64,000 nucleotides of DNA from Ginglymostoma cirratum. Taxonomy: Eukaryota. How positions within the stretch are numbered: the stretch's first letter is position 1; each line of letters starts with the position of its first letter. Positions 49,715-63,289 of the stretch are shown here, in pieces. The translations under genes and the position numbers were made by a program. Location of the stretch: assembly GCA_024137785.1 (NCBI GenBank), contig JAHRHZ010000140.1, positions 21,336,127 to 21,400,126 on the forward strand, read 5' to 3'. Under the pieces are notes generated by a model, which was given only the letters and a program-made list of their open reading frames with translations, was not told the origin of the DNA and made no database searches.

Positions 49715-50914
49715 TGTTAGATCCCAGTTTGAAATGTGGCTTCATAGATCATATATTACATTGTTTTGGCATTATCTCACTGAAACATGAGTATGCAATG
49801 ATGCAGACCTTTTTTATGAATAAAACAGAAGTTTATTAAGCAAAAGGAATAAAGATAAACAAAAACTAAATATTTACTTATAACACTAACTTAAAAACTT
49901 TCAAACGCATGGTGAATATAATTCCATTAAACCCAAAAACACACATTAATAGATCCCAAAATACCCCTCTCTTGTGCCCAAAAGCATCCCCTTTACAGTA
50001 CTCACAGCAGGAAATCCCCTTCTCTAATACCTTAAGGATGTTAATTTGACTTCAACGTCCAGCCTAGAAAACCTGATTAGCTCCAAGAAGAAGCTGTCAT
50101 GCACCTGAGTTTAAACATTCTCAACTTGAAATAACTTCTTCAGGGTTTTATCCAAATGCTTCTGTACAGGATTTTCACTAGCTTCTTACTTTAATGATTG
50201 CCTTACTCTTGAGGTAATCTAGTTTCAACAAATCTAGCAATCATCTCCTTTTCTCTGGAGAAACTTCATAGATGAAAACTTCTGCAGAATTGCCCAAAAC
50301 TGAAATTGTCTCTTTCTCTCTAAGCTATGGGAGTGTTTCACCTAAGATCAAAACAAACAAGTCTGGAAATTTCTAACAGAAACCTTGAATAACGAGGGCA
50401 GCACGGTGGCTCAGTGGTTAGCACTGCTGCCTCACAGCACCAGGGACCCAGGTTTGATTCCAGCCTCGGGCATCTGTCTGTGTGGAGTTTGCACGTTCTG
50501 TCTGTGTGGGTTTCCTCCAGGTGCTCTGGTTTCCTCCCACAGTCCAAAGATGTGCAGGTTAGGTGGATTGGCCATGTTAAATTGCCTGTAGTGTTCAGGG
50601 GGGTGTGGGTCTGGGTGGGATGCTCTGAGGTTTAGTGTGGACTTGTTGGGCCGAAGGGCCTGTTTCCACACAGTAGGGATTCTATGAGCAATTGTTTATT
50701 TGCTAGGTTATAAAACTTCCTTAAGTAATTAAAAGCCTGTTAGTTCTGAAAACATGTCTCCTTGCTAACTATTCTTAAAATAACACCATGGCTACAGAAA
50801 CACTCACAAATTAGTTATTAATTCTTTGAGGCACAAGTAAAATCCAAATATCACTACTTCAAAGTTAATACAAATCATATTAAATACATATATAATCACT
50901 CAATCTACATTACA
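49715..50914 (-). mobile_element. Probable solo LTR carrying an HE1 insertion
   Basis: TG...CA termini (tgttagatcccag...ctacattaca), minus-strand AATAAA near 49835; no clear TSD. Confidence 0.45.
50396..50687 (+). mobile_element. HE1 SINE (V-SINE)
   Basis: A-box tggctcagtgg, B-box ggtttgattcc, V-domain tgtgtggagtttgcac...ggtttcctcccacagtccaaagatgtgc, HER1-like tail gggccgaagggcctgtttcc. Confidence 0.95.
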
Positions 50915-51446
50915 CTTTCCTATCCAGTAATATTATGACAAAGAAAACCAAAGTACCAAGAGATTAACATTGACCTCCAGAAGTTTAAATCCTTTAAACT
51001 GAGTCAGTTGATTTGCTTTCTTTCTGAACTTACTTCTGAACTTTTTGCAAATGAATTAAAGTTTCTTTTTAATTGTACTTTCATAATCATAAGTATTCCC
51101 CAGTTCTCACAATGAAGTGACAAATACGCTTGGATTTATTTACTGACTACAACGCAACAAAATAGAACAATTTTTAATATATTCTTCACAACTTTCCCAA
51201 CCCTATTTATTATTGTCCAATGCACTGCCGTCAGTTCCCTGGAGTCTCACAATATCTGTTACATCTCCTAAGATACCTGTATCCATCTTGCTATCAGTGT
51301 CAAGAATCTCACAAGCAAACAGAACTGTTACAAATTGTCTGAACAATTAGCAGTTTTTTACAGATTATTTTAAGCTTTACAAACAAAGAGTTTATATTTT
51401 TGTGTTCACATCCTTGTGAAAATTAATTAAACCCTAATTTACCTGG

Positions 51447-51925
51447 AATAAAACAAAGAACTATGGATGCTGGAAATTAGAGACAAAAACAGAAATTGTG
51501 GGAGAAACTCAGCAGGTCTGACAGCATCTTTAGAGAGAAAAAGAGCTAACATTTTGAATCTGGTGACCCTTCTTCATAGCGTTCACCAGTCTGTGAATCT
51601 ATTGTTATCCACTAACAGTCTCCATTAACAGCTAATCATCCTCCTAGCCAGATTGTTATCAACTCCTTTGTCTGTCCAACAGTTCCTCTCTCTCTTTGGG
51701 GTCTATCCCCGCCTATTGTTTACTCCTTCCTGCCTCCCCCCACTCTACCTTTTGCATATGTACCGACGTTTTCCTAGGTACCACCAGTTCTGAGGAAGGG
51801 TAACTGTTCTGAAACTTTAACTCTGATTTTTCTTCACAGATGCTGCCAGACCTGCTGAGCGTTTCCAGCAATTTCTGTTTTCGTTCCTGATTTACAGCAT
51901 CCACAGTTCTTTCGGTTTTTATTTT
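51447..51925. mobile_element. Penelope-derived element with inverted ends
   Basis: Reverse arm 51447-51578; forward arm with agttCTGAGGAagggtaactgttctGAAActttaact near 51786. Confidence 0.8.
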
Positions 51926-53683
51926 GTGAAGAAAAGAATTCTGCTGACTCAAGATCTTCTGAGAGACAAAATATTTTTCTCATCTCCAGGCCTAAATAGA
52001 ATACATATCTACAAAATAACAATATAGTTGTTGCAATAGGCAAAACAAAGCTGCTTTCAGTTTATGAATTAAATTCAGGACAAAGCACATTGCCCTTTGC
52101 TTTACAAATCATGCCAGTGAATTAGATCACATGTCACACAGATCAGTTATAGAGTGGATTATGGTGAGCTAACTTGAGTATTAGACAGTGACAGGATAGG
52201 TTACTCGTGGCAGCAAATACTCATAATAAGATAAATTGTATGCTGTAGTCCTGCCTGTAACATTTGTACATAAGGACCCATCATGTTTACAGCAGCTGTG
52301 GGTCCCAATTAATGTCAGTTCCTGGAGGTCAATATTAATATACTTGTCAAGGATGATTTGTCATGAGAGATACGGTATTATAGGATCTCCTCCCACCTAA
52401 CAAGCCAGGACAATGCAAGTGGCAGTTTCTAGGAAGCCTTTAGCAAAATATGTTTGCAAACAATTTTATTCCAAAATGATATTTTGTTTCTGCAGGATCT
52501 ACACTTAGTTGATAGAATTAAATTTTACCACTGTACTTTATTCCTATCTATTCTTTCATTTTGTTTGACAAAATGTGAATGGTTTTGTTGTGTATTATTC
52601 AGCTTAACAATAACTTGTAATATGATTTTACATGTGTGGTATATGACCTAATTTTCCAGTTGATTTTATTTTGGCTTCGTTTGGTTAATCCTGGTTCATT
52701 TCAGTTATTTTTGGCTCTTTTACATCAAAACATTTTGAATATTTCTGAAGATGGAAATTAATTAAATTATGAGAGATGATTTTACAAACTTGTATTCCCA
52801 AAACAGAGCTTCTTCGCCCAACAGGAACACGTGGAGAAGGATCCTTCTCATTAATATTAATGGTCAAAAAACCTTGTGGGGCTTGTTGACCTCTGTGCCT
52901 GAATTCCTGATAAGCACTCCCCATGGGTGGCTCTGTAATAACAGGTTCAAATAGGGATAAGGATGTGTTGACGAATGAGGTTAAATGTTTTCATACTAAC
53001 ACTAAGGGCATTAGGGATAAACAGTAATATCATCAGTCAATCCATCACTCTCAGGGAGTTGATCTCATTGAGACTTCTATCGGCCATTATCCAAGATAAT
53101 AAATGTGGTTCACTCAAAACTTCGTAATTCTCTCACAGATATTTTTAAGCCTTTGATTTCGGGTGAAGCATCTTTTACTTCAGTTCTTAAGAAAAACATT
53201 CAATTCTAATGATTCGGTAAACCACTTTTTCTACAAAAGTAATGGACTCTATTGGGTTCAGTTGACATAAGAAGTTGGAATTGTATTCAAACGTGCTTCA
53301 AAAGGTCGGATGAAATTCCTTTTATGAAAATGATTAAATGTCCAGCTACTTAGGAGCCGAAGCCTGAAGCTACTAGCAGTTCAGCACTAATTAATAATAC
53401 TGCTGGACAATTTCATAGTGGAAGTCATAAGCCCAATTCAAATTTGCCTGAATTTTAGGATGTGCTGAAAATGTTATTTTGGTATTTATGGTGACATAAC
53501 CATTCTGTGGACATTTCTGAGGAGTTTCAAAGATGCAAGCTTTGCTTCAACTTTAGTATTCACAATTACAGAACAATTGCATGGATCACTTTGGAAGATA
53601 AGCTAGCTTAAGTTCTTTTCGATTCAAGGCACTGAGTTGCTAGTCTAACCCAAGGTAGTGCAGCCTGAAACTTGACTTTGTGG

Positions 53684-53997
53684 AGTGGCATGGTGGCTCA
53701 GTGGTTAGCACTGCTGCCTCACAGGGACCTGGGTTTGATTCCACCCTCGGGCAACTGTCTGTGTGGAGTCTGCACATTCTCCTCCTGTCTCTGTGGACTT
53801 CTACCGGGTGCTCTGGTTTCTTCGCACAGTCCAAAGATGTACAAGTTAAGTGGATTGCCCAGACTAAATTGCCCGTAGTGTCCTGAGGTGTGTAAATTAG
53901 GTGGATTAGACATGGGAAAGGCCAGATTTCAGGGAAATGGTAGGGGGATGGATCTGGGTGGGATACTCTTTGGAGGGGTGGTGTGGACTTGTTGGCC
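53684..53997 (+). mobile_element. HE1 SINE (V-SINE), 3'-truncated
   Basis: Same head and V-domain as 50396. Confidence 0.92.
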
Positions 53998-54086
53998 CTT
54001 CTGATGACGAGTGTAGAAAGGCTATCCAATTGAGAACCACATGAAAGCCAAACCCAATTACAACAGTTTCTAACGCCCACAAGATT

Positions 54087-56620
54087 GTTACTTCATAACC
54101 AGGAACAAGGAACCCAGGCTGAACTTTCCATTCCTGACTCAGATATACTGAGGTCATTCGTGGTGTCGTGGTGGACCTTGACATCACTCCAATGCACCTT
54201 CCTCACATGGAGAGAGGGCTATGCCAATAATCAGCCAGCCAGAGGAGGAACCAAACACACAGGCATCAGACGTCCCCTCTCAGAGGAGACCAGGTTTTTC
54301 ACCTTCACCCTGCCTGCCACTCTCAGCCCTGAGGGAATTCAGGCTGAGGAGACGGAGCACCCTGTGCCCTCCAGACACAAACATCCTTAAGGTCACCCAA
54401 CCAAAACTCCAAGGCCAATGGGCGGTAATACAGCGCAAACTCCATTCATCCCAGGGATTTCCCTGAGACATAATGAGAGGGAAAGAAAGAGGATTACTAT
54501 CTGAGGGCACATTGGAAGTATAGATAGCACTTTACTGTGAATACATGCTCACGCTTGTTAATATACATTCACTTTTCAACATCAGGCATGCACGCAAATA
54601 TCTATCCAGCTACAACATTGAAGGTACAGACCACAGCCAGTCTGATGTTTGATGGTCCAAGATGTGGAGTGAGCAGCTCCCGGAACTTGGAGGGTGATTG
54701 CTACTTTGGCATTATGGGTGAAACTTTCCAGGTTACAAATCATTGCTTGTCCATCACTGAAATTACTGCAATTGATTCCTGATGGTCCTTAATGTGTGTG
54801 AGAGAACGTAGGGGCCAGTAGATACACAGTAGGTACCCCAAAAGGTTTTTAGTGCTGGCTGGTAACTGTCACCTCGACGGTATGGGTGTCTGTGTCATGC
54901 TGTCAACCTTTGAAAGGCATTGTATCACTTTAAAGTGAAGGTCCCCTCCCTTACAGAATGAAACATTTGCCCATTCACTTCAGGTGTGGTGACAACCATG
55001 TTTAGCTCCAATACACTGTTGTTATTTACAGCTTAGTGGAAGGAATGGCAAACACCCCTCATGCAGCGAGTCTCAGGCTTAGCATCTTACATTTGGTGAA
55101 CTCCTGAATGTACACATTCCCTTCTTGGATGGCATCCCCATCAACCCCATTGGCTTTGAACTTCCCAAGTTCCCAAACAACCCATCTCCACACCTTACCC
55201 GCTCAGCCCCAGGCCTATAAGAATGATATAGGAATGCACTGTCCCCTCCATATCAAAGTGAGGATTATGTTGATGACTCTATCCTCCTGCATTATACCTT
55301 TAATGCTCAATCAGCTCCCCACTTATATATTGAGAATCCCCCTTATCACAATTCTAATTACCTCTGCATCCCATCATATTGCCTTCAATCCCAGAATTGA
55401 GATTCCCAGCTTCCCTATCTCTGCATTGGCCCTGATAAGATCCTCCACATGCTTGACTTTTAGGGAACAAAGGCCCAGGACTGACTGTGATTCACACCTT
55501 TGACTAACTTAAATGGACAGCCCTGAACACTGAGGGACCAGAGCCCTGACTGATCACTGTGCATCTTCTCGATGGACTTTCTATGACTCTCCGGACCATC
55601 GTGCTGGAACCACAGGGCTGGATGTGACCCACTCCCCGTATTGTAAAGGTGTAGACTCCCTGATCCTGACCACGTCAAGCAGCAGTCTAACTATGCCTAA
55701 ACCTCTGGGCTGATATCATTAATTTATTAATCAGCCCTAACTGAAAGGCTGTCTTCCTTGACTTGACAGAAGACTAAATCCCTTAGACTTTGAGACATGG
55801 CTATTTGCTTGAAGCACATTCAGTGTGTTTGGCGTGTACACTGCTGTCACGTGATGCAGGTGTGAGATCGACATAGCGCAGTGCCAGACATCAACGTGCC
55901 CATCTCTTTGACAGATCACTGCTGACACCATTACAAGCTGCCTGACTTTGTGGCTGTGCTAAAAGGCAAGGCAAGACAGAAGTACTGTGAGCCTGTTAGC
56001 TCCAGGTAAGGGGGAAAAGCACAAAAAGGTAAGGCAAGGTATCCAAATAGGCCCAAAATGAATGAGTACTAAGACAGCAAGTGAGCAGCCCTCATATGCA
56101 ATCTGCAATCCATGAGCTAGGTGCCAGTCCCTGTGTGCAAAGTGACCCAGCAGCAGCAATCCAATGAAAGGTGCCAATGTGCTCCAAAGTGCAATACTGA
56201 AGTGCAGAACTGTGTTATAAGTGAATCAATGTTCCACAAAGATAGGGTAAGGCTGGCACCTGTCAGCTGCCAAGGTCCATGGCCACTGCCCATGAGGTAT
56301 GCCCTGAGGTGTATAGTGTGCAAGATGGAGGCCTGGAAGAGCAAGTGGAGTTGCTAGGTAACGGCTCAAACATTCACATCAGGAATTTCGATATCTGTTT
56401 TCTATCCGCGGTGGGTGGGAAAATGGGAAACTGCATACTAATGAGGTGAGATTAACTCAAAACGAAAAGTTAATACATGCAAATATGCCCCTACCATTCA
56501 CTAACAGGAATCACATCTCGCCGTCCAACACTTGGGGAATTTTTTGGTTTCAAAGTTGAGAAGCTCCTTTCCAATTTTCCCAACTTCCTCGCTGTGGCCT
56601 GCGTTGTTTGGAAGTTGGGA
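54087..56620. mobile_element. Probable degenerate Harbinger-derived sequence
   Basis: Subterminal aatgaggtgagat...atgcaaat at 56441-56483 is shared with 38854-38890; no clear coding motifs. Confidence 0.35.
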
Positions 56621-59600
56621 AAATTCTGCCTGCTGAGTACAAACAACAGTTCAGTTGTAGGTTTACACTGCAATCTGAATACGTCACCAAATAAAACAAA
56701 TACATTATAATTTCTTCCATACAGCAATACTGGTGTTGCAGAAAAAGGTGATATCTAACTGATATTACGAACAGTAAAAAATATTCTAATTCTCTAAAAG
56801 GAACAGCTTTACATGCATTCTTCACTTTCTTTAGATTTTAATTTTTTTTTCACCATTTTAATTATTTGCATGGTCAGGCATTGCACACACAGAGTTGCAG
56901 CCTTTTTGAATGAAGCTGATCTAAATTTATCTCATAAACCAACACAATTCCTTCTTTTCCATTACAGTGCTGAGAACTATTGTAAATGCCCACTTGAATG
57001 AGATTCTGGACATTTATTGGAGACAAGCAATATAGAGAGATCTAGCTTTCAAATAACCCTCTCCATTATTGGATTGTGAAGGATTTGGTTCTCCAGCATC
57101 AGTCCTTTCAACTTAATCAGTAATAAACCCACAAAACAATCTAGTTGTGAAATTCTCCACAGTTTGGTTCATACATAACTACCTGACAACATCTATTTTA
57201 CATTGAGTTTAGATATAATACAAAAATACATTCTCTCAAAGGGTTAACTATTGTTAGGTGTTGTCAACTGTAAGGCAATCAACTTCTCACAATCTATCAA
57301 AACAAGGCTTTTGTACTCTAAACAAATTAGAACTAATTCATTCATTTGCTTATAATGTAACCTTACTGAAAAGTTAACAAACTAGTACCAGCGGGAAAGC
57401 CATGTTTTTCACGAGAATGGATCAGCACAGAACAGTTCTAATTACCTGTTAGGCAAATATGAAAAATGAGCACACTCCTCTGTGAAAAAATTGGAACTGA
57501 CCACTGATGTGTAGGCAGACAAGTGGCTTCTGATTAGCTGAATCTAAAACATACTTTAGAGCTGAATAGGGACATAAATCAGTGTTTGAAAATGCCATTT
57601 AGTGTTAACTTGTCCCAAGATTGGAAATTATTGGCTTTACAATGAAAAGCACATGTTGTGTTTTTTATCTGGGGAATAATGACGAAGTGAGACGGAAATT
57701 CTCCAGCTCTACACTGCCCTCTCTCTCCTCTTTATTTCCCATTGAAAAATAATTACTGTATACTTGAGGGAATATTTCTGTCATTGTGCCGATAAATGCT
57801 GCCACATTTGCTCTTCATAGGCTGTGCAGCTCCTCCATGAGCAAAGGGTTTGATTTATGGTGGAAATAGCTGGCAAATTGTGATGTCCATCTTGACTGAT
57901 GGCACCTTTAGGACCATTTTGCTGATCACATATGAGTTAATATCCTTGGTGGTGTTTACAATTGATGAGGCTGCTGCAGAATTGCTGTTGTGTGAAGTGT
58001 TTTTCTAATGGTTTCACCGTAGATCTTCTGCATGCATTGAAGTTGCTAGCTCTCAATGAGATGATTCGAGGATTGTCATGCCAATAAAACAAGTTAAGAG
58101 AAGCGCTCAGGGTTAACTAAAAATTCAGTTTCAGAGCTCAGTATAAGCTGGAATTGGGGTGATAATTAAACCACTGAATCCAAGGTGAGTAAGTGAGCCA
58201 GAAGCCTCGCAGAAGTAAAATTATGCACCCGAGCAAATTACAGAATGTATGATGTTACACAGAAAACTTCCGATGGAACTGTGCAGAGTTGTCACATAGC
58301 TGTCAGCCACTTTTTTTAGCAGAAACTTGCTGCTCAAGCATTTTCTCTAGAAATCTGTCAGGAAGCCTTTTTCATTAGAAGAGAGTCCTCTGTTATCAAG
58401 AGTACATTGCTTGAAGCAAAAAGAAGTTAACAAACAAGTGCCATGCATAACGCCCTTATTGCAAAATATATACATATTTCTTTTTTTAAACTGATTTCAC
58501 TTGCAGATTGCTGATGGCTGTTTGTAAACATAGATGCACTATCAATTACAGTAAAGAACAGGGGTCTAGACAGTGAAACAGTTGCCTAACCTGCCCTTCC
58601 TATTACCAACTCTTCTAATGGTGCACTTATATTATAGCTCTGCATACTAGATGATGTTTTTTTAATATTGTGAACTCCTGGTGTCGTAATGTCTTCATTT
58701 CCACCATGAACTAAGGATCCATGCCACCATTAGGGGTGGACAAGGCACTGAGCATGTCGCAGTTTGCAAGTAACATACATATTTAAAATTTGTGATTTTC
58801 GAGTTGAGCTCCTCGCTGTTGGATGTCCAGTAGTCGTTCGGGAAAATACAGATAGAGGGAAATAATGAATCCTGGTAGCTGGCAGCTTGAAATCTAGCCA
58901 TTCAAGTGCTGTTTGAAGATAGAAGGGAAGGTGCCTTGCTTCTCCAGGGAAAGAAGCACATCCAGTTTATTGAAGAGAAACAAAATTGAAGTGTTTCCGC
59001 CATTGTGAAGATTATTTTCCTCTCGACTTTAATCATTCAAGCAATCTTTGAAATAGGGATTCAGACTATTTTCTTGGCTGCATATTTCAAAGAAATTTGG
59101 TGACTTTCAATCTAGGGGCCCTGGTTTGGGAGTTCTGGAAACTAATTAGAGATTGACAGGATCCTATCTCTCCCCAGATTTCCAAACTTGGACATATTCC
59201 ATCAAGGGTCATGGTGAACCCCTGCCTGGGATGTCACCTATCATGAAGCTGGTTCTTATTTTACAAGAAGCCCCCTCCATGGCCTCTCCATGGGGCCACT
59301 TGGTTTCGTACAAGTATCTAATACACTCCAGGTGTTTAGGACAAATGAAGTGATATGTGCCTGATGGAAACAATGCCTGGACATTGATAGAAGGAAAACT
59401 TTATGGTTTGGAGTTGATTTATCATCATCATTACTGAAATAGCTATGCTTGTGAGAATTTGCTGAGATTTATTAAACAAGATTCAAGTAATTAATAAGTT
59501 AAAATTTAATTGAAATAAAAATAACATTTTATTCTAATCTTGAATGGTTTATTTCTTGGTGCGATATATAATATGAACATTTTAATGTTTTCTAAATCAT

Positions 59601-60504
59601 TTGACAAATATTTCTAGAGGAGGTTCTGAACATATCACTGTTTCTACAGTTTCTTGCTGTAACATGAGTAACCTCAAAAGCCTTGAAAATTGCTCAGCTC
59701 ACAACATGCTAAAAAAAGTTTGGTCTCAAATATTACAGCAATACAAATTTAATTTGCTGCACAAACACTATTAAAGTATTGACCTTCATTTGCTTTAATT
59801 AGTGTAATTACTTGTAATTGTAGGCACACATGGAAATACATGTGGTATCCTCCATGAATTCTCATTTCAATTGCTATATACAAGGGAGCCCTTGTGATCT
59901 CTCCTGATAGTGGGTGTTCAACTCGATTTGGATTCAATTAAGGATGTGTTTGCAATGTTGATATTAGTGCAAAACAATTTACACATTGCACCATGCTAAA
60001 CTGTCAATGTAAATCTTGCTTTAATGAATGATCAAGGTCCTGAGTGAAATGGAGTGAGAATTTCTGGAGGGGATAATCTCTTGCCATCTCAGATTGATAT
60101 TGCAGGGAGGGCAGCAAAATTTTGGGTTTGGAAGATATTTCTGAAGGGCAAAAATTTAAGCAGGATTGAGACTTTCTTTTCTTTAAGGGTCTGTAGCACT
60201 GCACTCTCTGAAGATTATGTAAACTAATGCCTTTAAGTTAACAATATAGAGAGCAAGGATTCCCCTTCCTGTTTTCTAAGAATCCCAATTTCTCATTTTT
60301 GGCAGTTAGCATGAGCCAATCTGGGCAGTTAAAACTTCAGTCAGACAGCAGCTAAACCTTAGCTGGAACCAGAACTGCAGCTATAATTGCAACCTAATTA
60401 GTTGCAATATGAGCCCATTGCACTCCCTGCCAAAAAAAAGCAGAGATCAAAATACCTATTGGTTGTCTTAGCTAATAATCCTCTTGACCAAAAACACCCA
60501 AAAA

Positions 60505-60660
60505 CAAATTGACCATTCATTAGGTTGTTGTATGTGGAATCCTGCTGTGTGCAAAATAGCTGTTGCAATTTACCAGCCAATTTGTCATTGCATCTCATTT
60601 CAAATTCATTGTTTGTCTTTGAAGGTGTTTCTGATAGACAACAAGCACTATGTAAATAGT
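60505..60660 (+). mobile_element. Deu-type SINE 3' remnant
   Basis: tgtggaatcctgctgtgtgcaaaatagctg...gcactatgtaaat. Confidence 0.55.
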
Positions 60661-60755
60661 ATTCTGATGAGGGATCACTGGACTTTAAACATTAGCTCTG
60701 TCTTCTCTCCATAGATGCTGTCAACCTTGCTGAGTTTCTCCAGCAACTTCTGTCT
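60661..60755 (+). mobile_element. Mini-Penelope arm with decayed hammerhead
   Basis: ttCTGATGAgggatcactggactttaaacattagctctg...agatgctg. Confidence 0.7.
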
Positions 60756-61424
60756 AGATATATACACCTTTTAAACAGGTGGGGAGTTGGTCATGAACAG
60801 ATTGTCTTGGAGAGGAAAAGTATTCATTCTCTTACTGTCCACATTCATTTCCTTATCAGTCACTCAATGAACTGCACCTTGGGATGACGGTGGGGCTGGA
60901 GCTGGGGCTTGGGGAGGTAGCGATGGCTGGTTTGTTGTAGATTACCTCAATACCTTCATTTGAAGTGAATTTGGAGGAGGAAATGTGATGGCAGACCTAA
61001 TGTTGCCCTTCCTGCAAACAGTACTTTTCTTTAAAATTGATGAAAGTCAGTGTGAGGACATTATTGCCAAGACCCTAGATTGTCAACTGACTGGCTGTCT
61101 ATAGTCTTTTCAGAGTGAAGAGAAAACCATTTTGAACATAGACTAGAATTGCATGTTGGCCTGACCAGGTGAAGGAAACCATCTAAATAAACCATGATGT
61201 AAATCCATCATCATTCCTCAAGTTCATGTATAATCTTATCGCTAAAAGCTCCATTCATCAAAGCTTTAGCTTGTCAAAATCTGTGACATAATGATTCAAC
61301 CTTTAAAATCTTACGATTTAATTGAATGGATTTTGTTTAATATTCAGCTTATTGAGGAAACACTGACCAAAAAGCATTTTTTAAAAAATTGCTTCCACCT
61401 CCAAAGGAACTAGAAAAGCATAAG

Positions 61425-61644
61425 AACGAAAACAAAGTTGCTGGAAAAGCTCAGCAGGTTGGGCAGCATCTATGAAGGAGAAAACAGAGTTAACGTTTCA
61501 GGTCCGGTTCTGAGGAAGGGTCACCAGATCCGAAACGTTAACTCTGTTTTCTCCTCCACAGATGCTGCCAAGACCTGCTGAGCTTTTCCAGCAACTTTGT
61601 TTTTGTTCCTGATTTACAGCATCCGCAGTTCTTTTGATTATTTT
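61425..61644. mobile_element. Fold-back mini-Penelope element with 14-bp TSD
   Basis: Inverted arms; TSD tagaaaagcataag at 61411-61424 and 61645-61658. Confidence 0.9.
61506..61543 (+). ncRNA. Minimal type I hammerhead ribozyme motif (best-preserved copy)
   Basis: ggtt-CTGAGGA-A-GGGTC-acca-GATCC-GAAA-CGTT-aact: stem I, core, stem II, palindromic AACGTT at stem III. Confidence 0.75.
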
Positions 61645-62206
61645 TAGAAAAGCATAAGCATTGGTTTTGTAATTCTGCTGGAAGTGGCGCAGTGGAAGCT
61701 TAGACACTCTCTGTGTGGATAGCACAGCCCCCCTGAGTTACTCAAATTGCAGCTATGTGATGTGACAACGTATGCTGGGGAGCTGTTTGTATGGGTGCAA
61801 TTACCAGAAGCTTCTGAACTGATGCTGACTTGGATCAACCATTCCAATTGATTTGATGCTCTACGTGTGACTTGGACCTCACAGGCCCACTTAGCTCATT
61901 CACTTGCTGCTCACCAAAAGATCAAGGATTCAGGATCAAGAACGTTCCAACACAAGTATCACTTAAAGGGGTGGGCATTTTGCACAATTGTAAAGTCCCT
62001 TTTAAAGGTGGAATGCTTTTCAAAGGATTGCAGTGAGTTCCTCAATTTGTTGGGGACTGTTTTTGCATCCTCACAGGAAAGACAGAGGATGAGGTATCTC
62101 GTCACTCAAACGCCACAGTAGCTGTAGGGGTCTGAGCTATAATACCCTAGGCTCCAGCCAATCAAAGTCCTCATCTGATCCTTTTGCAGCAGCAAGTGTG
62201 TCAAAA

Positions 62207-62370
62207 GGACAATAGGCCATTCTCCTATTAGAAGGAGAGGCAACTGGCGATGAGTTTAACCTGAGGGTTACCACACTTCAGGGGAAGGAAAGGATTGCAA
62301 AAGTGATACCTTCCCAATGACCTCAGCTGGAACTGGTGGTGTTACGCTGCCAGCTGAGCTAACTGTCCCC
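62207..62370 (-). mobile_element. tRNA-derived SINE (family of 42557)
   Basis: tttaacctgagggttaccacacttcagg...gctgagctaactgtcccc. Confidence 0.65.
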
Positions 62371-62399
62371 CACAGCAGAAACATTTCTGGTAAGTTGTT

Positions 62400-62615
62400 T
62401 CAGATTCCTTCCCTAAAGGACATTAGTGAACCAGATGAGTTTTTCCCAGCAGTCAACAATGGATTCATATTCATCAGTAGATTGTTAATTCCAGATACTT
62501 ATTGAATTCAAATTCCACCATTTGCCATTGCAGGATTCGAACCCGGTCTCCAGAACATTATCTGGGTCTCTGGATTAACAGTCCAGCGATGATGCCATTA
62601 GGCAATCACCTCCCC
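62400..62615 (-). mobile_element. tRNA-derived SINE (family of 3575), 5' part
   Basis: ttccttccctaaaggacattagtgaaccagatg...ggattcgaacccgg. Confidence 0.85.
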
Positions 62616-63052
62616 TTCTGTGCCATTTACTCCCACCTGGGTTGCAGCCATTACTGTCTAGTAACTTACCATATGTAGACACTAACTCTATGCTAGTTTC
62701 TGAGGTCTGTGCATTGCTACTGAAATGATTGTTGCAAGTGTCAGATTAACTGATAGGGCTTTTTCAAACTGCTGTGACTGTTTCCCTGCCAGCTGAGTAT
62801 GCTTTAGTTGGACAGGCAGTAGACCTTGGGCATCTAAAACCAGGAAATCAGCATGGGGGAAGGTTGGCATTACAGAAGAGGGGTGGGACAGGATCACATT
62901 GTCTGAAACTTTCACTTCATGCTGTCAGCGAGAGGCAATTGATCTGAGAGGTTTGAAAGGCAGGATACAAAGGGTAGAATGAAACATCTCTTCCATTGCA
63001 TTCAGGAAATGCAGACATATTTGTCCGCCTGCAGTTCAACCCTGCACTCTTC

Positions 63053-63184
63053 AAAAACCGAAAGAACTGCGGATGCTGTAAATCAGGATCAAAAACAAAG
63101 TTGCTGGAAAAGCTCAGCAGGTCTGGCAGTATCTGTGAAGGAAAAAACAGAGTGAACATTTCGGGTCCAGTGACCCTTCCTCAG
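63053..63184 (-). mobile_element. Single-arm mini-Penelope element with hammerhead motif
   Basis: Minus strand CTGAGGA-A-GGGTC-actg-GACCC-GAAA-TGTT at 63184-63155, followed by the same tail as 27800. Confidence 0.85.
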
Positions 63185-63289
63185 TCCCTGAATGGCAGGG
63201 ACTGTTGCTGATTGAATGATGAGGTGCAGTGCATTGAGCAATGTAAGACTTTGGTAAAGCAGTGGCTCCAAGATGCCATGTGAAGATGC

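Noticed and set aside
50396-50470. tRNA gene
   Set aside because: A/B boxes belong to the HE1 SINE head and run into the V-domain; same for 53684 and 42557
54001-54021. ctgatga...gaaa after the HE1 SINE as a hammerhead
   Set aside because: No pairable stem II or stem I
58135-58190. 50-nt exon candidate ending aag|gtgagt
   Set aside because: Weak acceptor and stops in all frames; unsupported as coding
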